Of a stretch of 64,000 nt of DNA, positions 36,814 through 44,934 are shown one piece after another. The DNA is from Frateuria sp. (GTDB lineage: Bacteria > Pseudomonadota > Gammaproteobacteria > Xanthomonadales > Rhodanobacteraceae). The DNA lies in contig NZ_DASZBU010000018.1 of the NCBI RefSeq assembly GCF_035943815.1, positions 23,353 through 87,352 on the forward strand, written 5' to 3'. Under the pieces are notes generated by a model, which was given only the letters and a program-made list of their open reading frames with translations, had not been told where the DNA came from and made no database searches. How positions within the stretch are numbered: the stretch's first letter is position 1; every line of letters starts with the position of its first letter. Position numbers and translations under genes: made by a program.

Positions 36814-37167
36814 GGAGGGGTTGGTGTTGGTGCCGGTGGTGTCGAGCGTGGAGTAGGTCTGGCCATCGAGCGCCACGCTCAGGCGGTAGACCCAGTCGCC
36901 GCTGCTGGCCGCATTTTTGTTGAGGTCGGTCATCTGCATGCTTTTGCCGTTGGACGACGGTTCGGCCGGCCCGAAGATGCCGTCGGGTGGCGTGTCCACC
37001 CAGGCGAGCGGCTGCAATTGCCCGTTGGCGGCATCGCCCTCCAGCTGCCACACGATCGTCTGCGGCTGCGCGCTGCGGTCGATGTGGTTGGCATTGCCGT
37101 TCTGGTCGATGTCGACCGTCCAGGGCTGGGTCGATTTGTCCAGGGTGACGCGAAGCAGGTGCTCCAT
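36799..37167 (-). CDS. Small ORF A, 122 aa, probable beta-rich domain, C-terminal tail ...TNTNPSIKNN
   Basis: The ATG at 37167 has a strong SD (AAGGAGAA 5 nt upstream) and lies 40 nt after the TIR gene stop. No signal peptide and no family that I can name with confidence. Confidence 0.65.
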   Translation of the reverse strand: MEHLLRVTLDKSTQPWTVDIDQNGNANHIDRSAQPQTIVWQLEGDAANGQLQPLAWVDTPPDGIFGPAEPSSNGKSMQMTDLNKNAASSGDWVYRLSVALDGQTYSTLDTTGTNTNPSIKNN

Positions 37168-37207
37168 GGCGTTCTCCTTTGCTGGCGGGGGGAAATCGCG
37201 GTGTTCT

Positions 37208-39361
37208 TCAGCGCACATCGGCCAAGGCTGCGCCGTCGAGCGCGTCGCGCAGGCGTTGTGCGAAGGCCGGGTTGGGCGGGAAGGGGATGCGGGCCTGGCG
37301 CAGCTCCTGCATGAGCGCCGCGTCGCGGTAGCCGGACGCCCAGAGCTGGCGCGCGAGCGGCTGCGCCTCGGCGGTCCGGTCCAGCGCGAGCAGCGCGTCC
37401 ACGCGCAGCGCGAGCAGGCGTACGTCGGCCGCGCCGCCGCGCACGCCGGCCAGGCGTTGCAGCGCCTTCTCGCGCAGTCGGCGGGCGCCGGCCGCGTCCT
37501 GCAGCTCGGCCAGTTGCAGGTCGGCGCGGGCGCTGGCGAGCAGCAGCGTGCGTTCTTCCGGCTGCCTGGCGAGCTGCGCCGCGAGCACGCGTGACGCAGC
37601 GCGTGCGTCGATCAGCGCCGCGCCCCGCGCGCCGCCGGCGAGCAGCACGGCGGCCCGTTCGGTCTGCGCCTGTGCCAGGTCCTGCTGCCAGTCGGTGTTG
37701 TCGGGATCGTGACGCGCGAGGGTCTGCAGCGTCGCGACTGCGCGCGCCAGCAGGCTGGCGGCGGTGCGGGAATCGCCCTGCATTCGCCGCAGCCGTCCGA
37801 GTTGGGTGGCGTAGAGGCCCACCTTGTCCTGGAAGTTCGCCTGCGCCGGGTCGAACCGGTGCAGATTCTCCGCGGTGGACAAGGCCTGGCTCAGCGCATC
37901 GGCGGCCCGCCCGTCCTCGCCGGCCAGCAGCAACGTACGGCCGAGGATGCCGCGCACCCGGGCCATGTTCTCGCGCTGGTCGTTGTCGTTCGGCCGGGCA
38001 TTGGCCAGCCGCGTTTCGATCGCATCGTCGGCGGCGTATTCCGTGATCGCCTGGAGCAGCTGCCCCTGCACGAGCGCGAGCTTGCCGAGGTTGTTGTGCG
38101 CCTCGCCCAGGTGTTCCAGCCACTCGCGCCTGGGCGAGGGCTGCAGGGCGAGCCGGCGGCAGCGCTCGAGCATGCGACGGTAGTGCGCGCCGGCCTCGTC
38201 CAGCCGGCCGCGCGCTTCGAACACGTGGCCGATGTCGTTGTCCAGCGTGCTCAGTTCGAACAGCACCTGCGGGTCGCCGCCCGCCTCCGCGCCCATGCGC
38301 TCGAGCGTGGACTGCGCGCCACCGAAGGCCCGCGCCGCCTCGTCCAGGTCGCCGCGGTACCAATCGGCCATGCCGATGAACGCCTGCACGCGTGCGTAGG
38401 CGATCTGCCGCTCGCGGTCGGACGGCGCCGCCTCGGCCAGCCGGCGCGCGAGCGGGGCGGCCGCCCCGAAAGCGCTTGCCGCCGGCGCGAGCTGGCCCTG
38501 GTCCATGCGCACGCTGCCGATCTTTTCCAGCGCCTTGACGCGCTGCTCGAGCGCCTCGTCGGTGACGTCGGTCGCCGGCAGCGAGTGGAAGTAGGCCATC
38601 GCCTTGTCGTCGACCGCTTCCATGATGTCCAGCCGCTGCACCTGCGCGAGCTTGTCGTTGAGGTCGCCGAGCATGAAGCCGACCAGATCCTCGGCCTGCT
38701 TCTGGCGGCGCTCGGCGGCGTGGCGGGCGAGCACGGCCTCGATCGCCAGCAGGCTGGTCACCAGCATCACCGCCGTGGCCAGCGCAGCTATCGCGGTCAG
38801 CCGGCGGTTGCGCCGCTGCAGCTCGCGCCGGCGCAGCTGATCCAGTTCCAGATCCAGCAGCCCGGCGATCAGCTTGAGCCTTGCGCTGGGTTTGCCGTCC
38901 TTGCCCGGGCGCACGTCGGCGGCGAGGGGTTCGGCGCCGCCCTGGCGCAACGCGGGCGGCAGGCATTCCTCCGGCGCGCCGGCATTCGGTTCGCCGGCGA
39001 CGATCAGGCAGAAGATGCGATCGCCCCGGCCCAGGCGCTGGAACGTCTCCAGTTCCTGCTCGACCCAGTGCGAGGCCGCCGCGGCCGGTGAGCAGATCAC
39101 GATGAGGTTGGCGGACTGGCGTAGCGCTTGCGCGACCTTGTCGCCCAGATCGGGCGAGCTGGCCAGTTCATCGCGGTCGCGGAAGATCGGCGCGAGGCGG
39201 CGGGTCACCGTGCCGGCGCGGGTTTCCTTGCCCACCAGCCGCGTGGGTACGCGGTAGGTTTCCAGGCCACGGTGCAGCCACTCCGCCCACGCCTTGTCGT
39301 GGTGGCTGTAGCTGATGAAGGCGCGGTACCGGTACGCCTGTGCGTGGAATGCCTGGTCCAT
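37208..39361 (-). CDS. TIR domain - single TM - TPR-like repeat protein
   Basis: 717 aa. TIR motifs are YRAFISYSHHDKAWAEWLHRGLE, FRDRDEL and NLIVICSPAAAASHWVEQELETF (conserved Glu present). A basic stretch RRRELQRRNRR precedes the TM LTAIAALATAVMLVTSLLAIEAV. About 480 aa of helical repeats follow (ALEKIGSVRMDQGQL, GMADWYRGDLDEAARAF, GHVFEARGRLDEAGAHY, LGKLALVQGQLLQAITEY). Confidence 0.85.
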   Translation of the reverse strand: MDQAFHAQAYRYRAFISYSHHDKAWAEWLHRGLETYRVPTRLVGKETRAGTVTRRLAPIFRDRDELASSPDLGDKVAQALRQSANLIVICSPAAAASHWVEQELETFQRLGRGDRIFCLIVAGEPNAGAPEECLPPALRQGGAEPLAADVRPGKDGKPSARLKLIAGLLDLELDQLRRRELQRRNRRLTAIAALATAVMLVTSLLAIEAVLARHAAERRQKQAEDLVGFMLGDLNDKLAQVQRLDIMEAVDDKAMAYFHSLPATDVTDEALEQRVKALEKIGSVRMDQGQLAPAASAFGAAAPLARRLAEAAPSDRERQIAYARVQAFIGMADWYRGDLDEAARAFGGAQSTLERMGAEAGGDPQVLFELSTLDNDIGHVFEARGRLDEAGAHYRRMLERCRRLALQPSPRREWLEHLGEAHNNLGKLALVQGQLLQAITEYAADDAIETRLANARPNDNDQRENMARVRGILGRTLLLAGEDGRAADALSQALSTAENLHRFDPAQANFQDKVGLYATQLGRLRRMQGDSRTAASLLARAVATLQTLARHDPDNTDWQQDLAQAQTERAAVLLAGGARGAALIDARAASRVLAAQLARQPEERTLLLASARADLQLAELQDAAGARRLREKALQRLAGVRGGAADVRLLALRVDALLALDRTAEAQPLARQLWASGYRDAALMQELRQARIPFPPNPAFAQRLRDALDGAALADVR

Positions 39362-39548
39362 GACGCCGACCCCGATGCGGTCGCTGGCGGCTGAGCGAAC
39401 CTAGCACCGCGGGCGTGACGGTCCGCTCACGGGCACCGTTGCCTTCGCCCACCGCCCGCCGCGGCTACCTGCCTGCGTGGCGCCCGTATTCCGCCGTCCG
39501 CCTGCCAGGGGCTTTGGCCATGCTTGCCGCTTCGCCACGGAGTCCGCC

Positions 39549-40451
39549 ATGTCCTTACGCGTCCTGCCCGCCCTCGCAGTGGCCTTCGGCCTGATCCTCG
39601 CGCCTGCAGTGACGCGCGCAGCCCAGCCCTCGGGCAAGCCGCCCCAGGCCATCTACGGCCAGCAATGGAATGCGCCGCAGAAGCCTTTCCGCATCTACGG
39701 CAACACCTGGTACGTGGGCCCGCATGGCCTCTCGGCGTTGATCGTCGATACGGGCCACGGGCTGGCCTTGTTCGACGGCGACCTGCCCGCATCCGCGGCG
39801 CTGATCGAGGCGAACATCCGCACGCTCGGGTTCCGCGTGCGCGACGTCAAATGGATCCTCAACTCGCACGCCCACGCCGACCATGCCGGCGGCATCGCCG
39901 CGTTGCAGCGGGACAGCGGGGCGCAGGTGCTGGCCAGTGCGCAGGGCGCGCCCGCGCTGGAGCTCGGCGGAGCCGACCCGAGCGACCCGCAGTACAGCCT
40001 GGCGCTGACGTATCCCGCCGTCGAACATGTGAGGCCCGTGCGCGACGGCGAAACCCTGCAACTGGGCGACGTGGCGATCACCGCGCACTACACGCCCGGC
40101 CACACCCCCGGGAGCACGTCGTGGACCTGGGACTCGTGCAGCGAAGGCCACTGCCTGCACATGGTCTACGCGGACAGCCTCACCGCGCTCGGATCCTCCG
40201 TATTCCGCTACAGCGACCACCCGCAGCAGATGAACACATTCCGCCGGTCGATCGCCATCGTGGCCGCACTCCCTTGCGACATCCTGCTGACGCCACACCC
40301 CGACGCCAGCGGCTTCTGGCAGAAAGTGGCGCGGCGCAAGTCCGACACCGACAGCGCGCCGCTGGTCGATGCGGGCGCGTGCCGCGCCTACGCCGCGACC
40401 GCCACCGAAAAGCTCGATGCGACGCTGGCAGGAGAGCGGGCGAAGAAGTAG
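39549..40451 (+). CDS. Subclass B3-like metallo-beta-lactamase
   Basis: ORF trimmed to the ATG at 39549 (GGAG upstream) and has a signal peptide. Motifs are FRIYGNTWYVG, ILNSHAHADHAGG (HxHxDH) and HYTPGHTPGSTSW, and it has L1/B3-like length. Confidence 0.8.
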   Translation: MSLRVLPALAVAFGLILAPAVTRAAQPSGKPPQAIYGQQWNAPQKPFRIYGNTWYVGPHGLSALIVDTGHGLALFDGDLPASAALIEANIRTLGFRVRDVKWILNSHAHADHAGGIAALQRDSGAQVLASAQGAPALELGGADPSDPQYSLALTYPAVEHVRPVRDGETLQLGDVAITAHYTPGHTPGSTSWTWDSCSEGHCLHMVYADSLTALGSSVFRYSDHPQQMNTFRRSIAIVAALPCDILLTPHPDASGFWQKVARRKSDTDSAPLVDAGACRAYAATATEKLDATLAGERAKK

Positions 40452-40516
40452 CAGGGTGAGAGCCTGGCGCGCACTCGCAAAGCACCCACGCCCGCGGTAC
40501 GTGGCGCCACCGTTGT

Positions 40517-41170
40517 TTACACGCCTGGATTCGTGCCCGTAAACACCGCCAGCTGCGCGGCGAATGCGCGCTTGTAGGCGGGACGCGCTTCGCCGCGGGC
40601 GACGTAGGCGGCGAGGTTGGGGTACTCGTCGAGCAGGCCGGAGGCCTTCAGCCGGAGCAGCACGCCCACCATCATCAGGTCGCCGGCGCTGAAGGCGCCA
40701 TCCAGCCAGTCGGCGTCGGCGAGCCGAAGCGAAAGCTCGCCCAGCCGCTGGCGAATGCGGTCCTTGATCAGCGGCAGGCGTTGTTCGGACCAGGGCTTGT
40801 CGCCCTCGGCGAACTTCGCCGTCTGGAGCTCGAGGATCGGCGCTTCCATGGTATTGAGCGCGGCGAACATCCATGCAATGGCCCGCGCCCGGGCGTCCGC
40901 GCCCTCGGGCAGCAGGCCGGCGTGGCGTTGCGCCAGGTGCAGCACGATGGCGCCCGACTCGAACAGGACCAGGTCGCCTTCCTCATAGGTCGGTATCTGC
41001 CCGAACGGATGAAGCGCGCGATGGGCGGGCTCCTTCATTGCCTTGAAGGAGAGCAGCCGGACCTCGTAGGGCTTGCCCACTTCCTCGAGCGCCCAGCGGA
41101 CGCGCATGTCGCGCGCTAGCCCCTGGCCGCGATCGGGCGAATGTTCGAAGGCGGTGATGGTCGGTGTCAT
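40517..41170 (-). CDS. Glutathione S-transferase
   Basis: ORF trimmed to the ATG at 41170. HPFGQIPTYEEGDLVLFESGAIVLHLA is a typical GST N-domain, followed by a helical C-domain. Confidence 0.85.
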   Translation of the reverse strand: MTPTITAFEHSPDRGQGLARDMRVRWALEEVGKPYEVRLLSFKAMKEPAHRALHPFGQIPTYEEGDLVLFESGAIVLHLAQRHAGLLPEGADARARAIAWMFAALNTMEAPILELQTAKFAEGDKPWSEQRLPLIKDRIRQRLGELSLRLADADWLDGAFSAGDLMMVGVLLRLKASGLLDEYPNLAAYVARGEARPAYKRAFAAQLAVFTGTNPGV

Positions 41171-41297
41171 CGATAGGTTCCCAGGTGATGTCATGGTCAT
41201 TCGGTGCATGGCAGGGTGCGGGCCGGCGAGCGGTATCGTCACACCGCGAGCCGCCACACCGATCGCAGGTTCTTCCAACGAGGCCACAAGCGCGGCA

Positions 41298-41777
41298 TCA
41301 GCCGCGCCGCGCGGCCTCGATCGCGGCGATGTCGATCTTGGTCATTTTCATCATGGCATCGAACGCGCGCTTGGCCGCGGCCGCGTCGGGGTCGGTGACC
41401 GCGGCGGTCAGCGCGCGCGGGGTGATCTGCCACGAAAGGCCCCAGCGATCCTTGCACCAGCCGCAGGCGCTGGGCTGGCCCCCGTTGCCGATGATCGCGT
41501 CCCACAGACGGTCGGTTTCGGCCTGGTCGTTGGTGGCCACCTGGAACGAGAAAGCCTCGGTCTGCGGGAACCCCGGGCCGCCGTTCAGGCCCAGACACGG
41601 GATGCCCATGACCGTGAACTCGACGGTCAACACGTCGCCCTGTTGCCCTGCCGGATAATCGCCCGGCGCGCGATGCACTGCGCCCACGGCACTGCCTGGA
41701 AACGTCTGGGCGTAGAAGGTGGCGGCGTCCAGGGCGGTGCCGTCGTACCAGAGGCAGATCGTGTTCTTGGCGGTCAT
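41298..41777 (-). CDS. VOC/glyoxalase-fold protein (3-demethylubiquinone-9 3-methyltransferase-domain type)
   Basis: NTICLWYDGTALDAATFYAQTFPGS...FTVMGIPCLGLNGGP...CGWCKDRWGLSWQI. Confidence 0.75.
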   Translation of the reverse strand: MTAKNTICLWYDGTALDAATFYAQTFPGSAVGAVHRAPGDYPAGQQGDVLTVEFTVMGIPCLGLNGGPGFPQTEAFSFQVATNDQAETDRLWDAIIGNGGQPSACGWCKDRWGLSWQITPRALTAAVTDPDAAAAKRAFDAMMKMTKIDIAAIEAARRG

Positions 41778-41932
41778 TGCGCGTCTCCAGGTTCAGGTCA
41801 CGGTGCCCCTTATGCCTGCGACGAACGACCAGCGCAAAAATCGACAACGACCCTGGGGCCACGATCACGCGTGGCCCGCCTCATCCGCGGCAGCCTGGGT
41901 CGCCGGGCTGCGCGGTTGCCTTTTTTCTTGTG

Positions 41933-42487
41933 TCAGCGGACGGGCACCATCAGGTGCCGGTAGGGCGTGCCCGACCACATGACATAGGGCGCGTCGGTCT
42001 GGGGATCGGCCAGTTTCGGGTACTGGTCGTAGAAGGCGTCGTCCGCGCCGACCACCATGACGTGCGGGCCGGTCCTGATCCAGTGCTTCGAGCCGGGCGT
42101 CTTGGCATATGGATCGGTGTTGCTAGCGTCGGTGCCGCCCTCGAGCATGTACATCAATCCGACCTGGCCGGCCGGCGGTGTCGCATGGGTCAGCCAGGCA
42201 TGCATCCAGGCCATCGCCGCCTTGTCGGCGCACATCGGGTCGGGGCCGGGCGTGGCGGGTGCATCGGGAATACAGGTGAAGCCATTGGTGCCCTGGCGCA
42301 GGGTGCGCATGCTGCCGTCGGGGGCGACGGCCATGACGGTGGCGTGCGGCCCCACGCCTGCGGGCGCCGCGCGCATGGCGCTTGCGATGAGCTTGGCATC
42401 GCTGGCTGCCTCGGGGTGGGCAGCTTGCACTGCGCCGGCGGCCAGGAGTGTGGTGGCAAATACGAGCGGGGCGATCGAAGTGCGCAT
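41933..42487 (-). CDS. Secreted hypothetical protein (paralogue of 18028..18750)
   Basis: Signal peptide MRTSIAPLVFATTLLAAGAVQA. Shares the AAPAGVGPHATV...GTNGFTC block with the other copy. Confidence 0.6.
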   Translation of the reverse strand: MRTSIAPLVFATTLLAAGAVQAAHPEAASDAKLIASAMRAAPAGVGPHATVMAVAPDGSMRTLRQGTNGFTCIPDAPATPGPDPMCADKAAMAWMHAWLTHATPPAGQVGLMYMLEGGTDASNTDPYAKTPGSKHWIRTGPHVMVVGADDAFYDQYPKLADPQTDAPYVMWSGTPYRHLMVPVR

Positions 42488-42749
42488 GGCAACCTCCCGT
42501 AACAACTGGCACGGCCAGTCCGGGGTTCCCGAGCGAAGCGTGTCCCCCCTTGCGTTACCTGCGGATCAAGCGCGGGTCATGGAGCGGTGGTATCGACCGC
42601 TGCCGGCTTCCCGCGGACAACTCGGATGCTGATGACGCCGGCCGGGACGTGCCACCGCGGGCCGGGCACGACCGTGCGATAGGCGGCTGCGCGTGGATCC
42701 CGGGCTGGATGCTAGGCTGCCGCTTCATCCGGAGCGGCAGGAGCAGGCG

Positions 42750-43217
42750 ATGTACAAGTCACGTCGTTGGATCGCATGCGGCCTGCTGCTGGCATGCGCC
42801 ATCGGACCGGCCTTCGGCGGAGGCAGTGCCGACGAGGCGGCGGCCATCCGCCAGGTGATGGCCGCCCAGCAGGCAGCGTGGAACCGCGCCGACGTCGAGA
42901 CTTTCATGCAGGGATACAAGGACGCGCCCGACACCACCTTCGTCGGCCGCTCCGTCCGCAAGGGCTATCGCGCGATTCTCGAAAGCTACCGCCGGCACTA
43001 TGCCGGCAAGGCGCAGATGGGCCGGCTCACCTTTTCCGATATCGACGTGCGGCTGCTTCCCTGCGCCCATGGCGAGGCGCGCTATGCGGCGGTAACCGGC
43101 CGCTTCCATCTCGACCGCACGGCGCACGGCGAGGTTGCGCAGGACGACGGCGTGTATTCGCTGCTGTGGGAGAAGACCGCGCAGGGCTGGAAGATCATCC
43201 TGGACCATTCCAGCTGA
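42750..43217 (+). CDS. NTF2-fold protein (SnoaL/DUF4440-like), secreted or lipoprotein
   Basis: The ATG at 42750 gives MYKSRRWIACGLLLACAIGPAFG. Also AAIRQVMAAQQAAWNRADVETFMQGY...GWKIILDHSS. Confidence 0.7.
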   Translation: MYKSRRWIACGLLLACAIGPAFGGGSADEAAAIRQVMAAQQAAWNRADVETFMQGYKDAPDTTFVGRSVRKGYRAILESYRRHYAGKAQMGRLTFSDIDVRLLPCAHGEARYAAVTGRFHLDRTAHGEVAQDDGVYSLLWEKTAQGWKIILDHSS

Positions 43218-43235
43218 GCGCCCGGCGGCGCGGGT

Positions 43236-43895
43236 TCAGGCGCGCCGATCGAGCCGGAAGACGTCGGTAGCCATGGCGCTCAGGCCCTGTTCGGCCCAGC
43301 CCGGATCGTCGGCGTAGATGTCGCGGTGTTCCAGCATCGTGACCTGCCAGTCGCGTCCGTAAAGCTCCCGCACTTCCGTCGGCGGCACGGCGAAGGGTGG
43401 GCCGTCCATTTCGTCGGGCGGATAATCGAGCGTGATCACCAGGCCGCGGCAACCCTCAGGCAGGCGCCCGTAGACCGACTGGGCGTATTGCCTGCGCATC
43501 GGTGCGGGCAACGCGATCAGCGCGGCACGGTCGTAGACGGCGCGGCAACCGGCCAGGGTCGCATCGTCCAGGTCGAACACGTTGCCCTGGATGATCTCGA
43601 TGTCGCCCGCGACGTAGTGCTCGCCGCAGGCCGAAACATGCTGCTGCGGCCGCAGCCGATGTTCGGCGAAGAAGGCCTGCACCGCCAAGGGCGATAGTTC
43701 CACGCCCAGCACGCGCAGGCCCTGTGCCGCCAGCCAGACCATGTCCAGCGTCTTGCCGGCCAAAGGCACCAGGACGCGGCTGCCGCGCGGCACCTCCAGC
43801 GCAGGCCAGTGCTTGCGCAGCAGCGGCATGACGTCGGTGCGGTGGAAGCCGGTGCGGCCTTCGCGCCAGCGCTCGAGCCAGAAGTTTGCATCCAT
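43236..43895 (-). CDS. tpm: Thiopurine S-methyltransferase
   Basis: FWLERWREGRTGFH, VLVPLAGKTLDMVWLAAQG..VLGVELS, YDRAALIALP and GPPFAV are the Tpm signature. Confidence 0.9.
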   Translation of the reverse strand: MDANFWLERWREGRTGFHRTDVMPLLRKHWPALEVPRGSRVLVPLAGKTLDMVWLAAQGLRVLGVELSPLAVQAFFAEHRLRPQQHVSACGEHYVAGDIEIIQGNVFDLDDATLAGCRAVYDRAALIALPAPMRRQYAQSVYGRLPEGCRGLVITLDYPPDEMDGPPFAVPPTEVRELYGRDWQVTMLEHRDIYADDPGWAEQGLSAMATDVFRLDRRA

Positions 43896-44033
43896 GGCGT
43901 TCTCCCGATGAAGTCCGTCGATTGTGCGTAGGCCGGCTCCCGCTGCCTAGGCATTCCCTGGCGCGCCGACGGGTGAATGGTCGTAAATCCTGCCCCTTAT
44001 TTTGCGCCGACCCGACGTTGTCGCCGGTCGGTA

Positions 44034-44069
44034 GTTATCCGGCCAGTCGTTATCCGGCCAGTCGTTACC
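44034..44069 (+). repeat. Tandem 15-mer GTTATCCGGCCAGTC x2 plus a partial third unit
   Basis: Read directly at 44034-44048, 44049-44063 and then GTTACC. It lies in the tpm upstream region. Confidence 0.85.
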
Positions 44070-44110
44070 TTTGCGAAAGGCAGTAGCCCGCACAGGCAGA
44101 GTGATCGACG

Positions 44111-44141
44111 GAGGCCATCGTGGACGAGGGCCTCTTTTTTT
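44111..44141 (+). terminator. Orphan terminator-like hairpin + T7 on the plus strand
   Basis: gaggcc-N12-ggcctc followed by ttttttt. There is no plus-strand gene upstream within ~200 nt. Confidence 0.35.
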
Positions 44142-44423
44142 CGGTTGCGACATACGGCGCGTCCAGTGCGGCGTGCGCGTAGCGCCGACGATCGGCGCGG
44201 TCACACCAGCTGGCGCAGCAGCCAGGCCCGGGCGACCCGTGCACGCGTGGCGCCGAGCCGAGTGGCCACGTCACCCATACGGTCGGCCACCACGCTATCA
44301 GCCTCGCGCGTGGTGGCCTACAGGTCATCGCCTCAGTGGGTAGAACTGCCGCGCACGGTGCCGGGTTCGTCCTCCCAGGATGCGCGCCAGGCATCCACGC
44401 GCCAGCGGGCCCCAACCCACACG

Positions 44424-44780
44424 CTACCCGCCCAACGTCACCACCGGCGCGAACCCGCCGAAGATCATCCGCTTGCCGTCGAAGGGCATCGGGGTGTCGG
44501 GGCCGATGCGCGGGTCCTCCATGACCTTCTTCATGCCGGCGTCGCGGCTGGCTTTGTCCGGCCACTCGATCCACGAGAACACCACCGTCTCCTCCGCCGT
44601 GGCCTTCACGGCGCGATGGAAGTCGGTGAGCTTGCCCTCGGGCACGTCGTCGCCCCAGCACTCGCAGATGCGGGTCGCGCCGAACTCGAGGAACAGCTCG
44701 TCGAAACGCCTGGCGTGATCGATGAACTGCTGCTTGTTGGCCGTGGGCACGGCGATGACGAAGCCGTCGATATAGGACAT
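44424..44780 (-). CDS. DUF1428-family protein
   Basis: MSYIDGFVIAVPTANKQQFIDHARRFDELFLEFGA...VVFSWIEWPDKASRD. Confidence 0.75.
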   Translation of the reverse strand: MSYIDGFVIAVPTANKQQFIDHARRFDELFLEFGATRICECWGDDVPEGKLTDFHRAVKATAEETVVFSWIEWPDKASRDAGMKKVMEDPRIGPDTPMPFDGKRMIFGGFAPVVTLGG

Positions 44781-44934
44781 GGGGATCCTCCTGCGTTTCG
44801 CTCAGGCGGAATGCCTGCGCCTTAGGGAAGCCCCGGAGTGGATGCGGCGCCGAAGGCTAACCGGCGACGCACCGAGATCAGGGCTACCCATCGCGACGAA
44901 CCGGCTATGGCGGAATCGACACCCCGCCCGGTCA

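Noticed and set aside
34041-39091. Long alternative-frame and antisense ORFs across the TIR/SLOG cluster (34041..36191 -, 34685..36781 +, 36930..38966 -, 37709..39091 +, 36012..36812 +).
   Set aside because: They are low-complexity Arg/Pro/Gly-rich translations with no SD or start context. The chosen frames have clear domain motifs and SDs.
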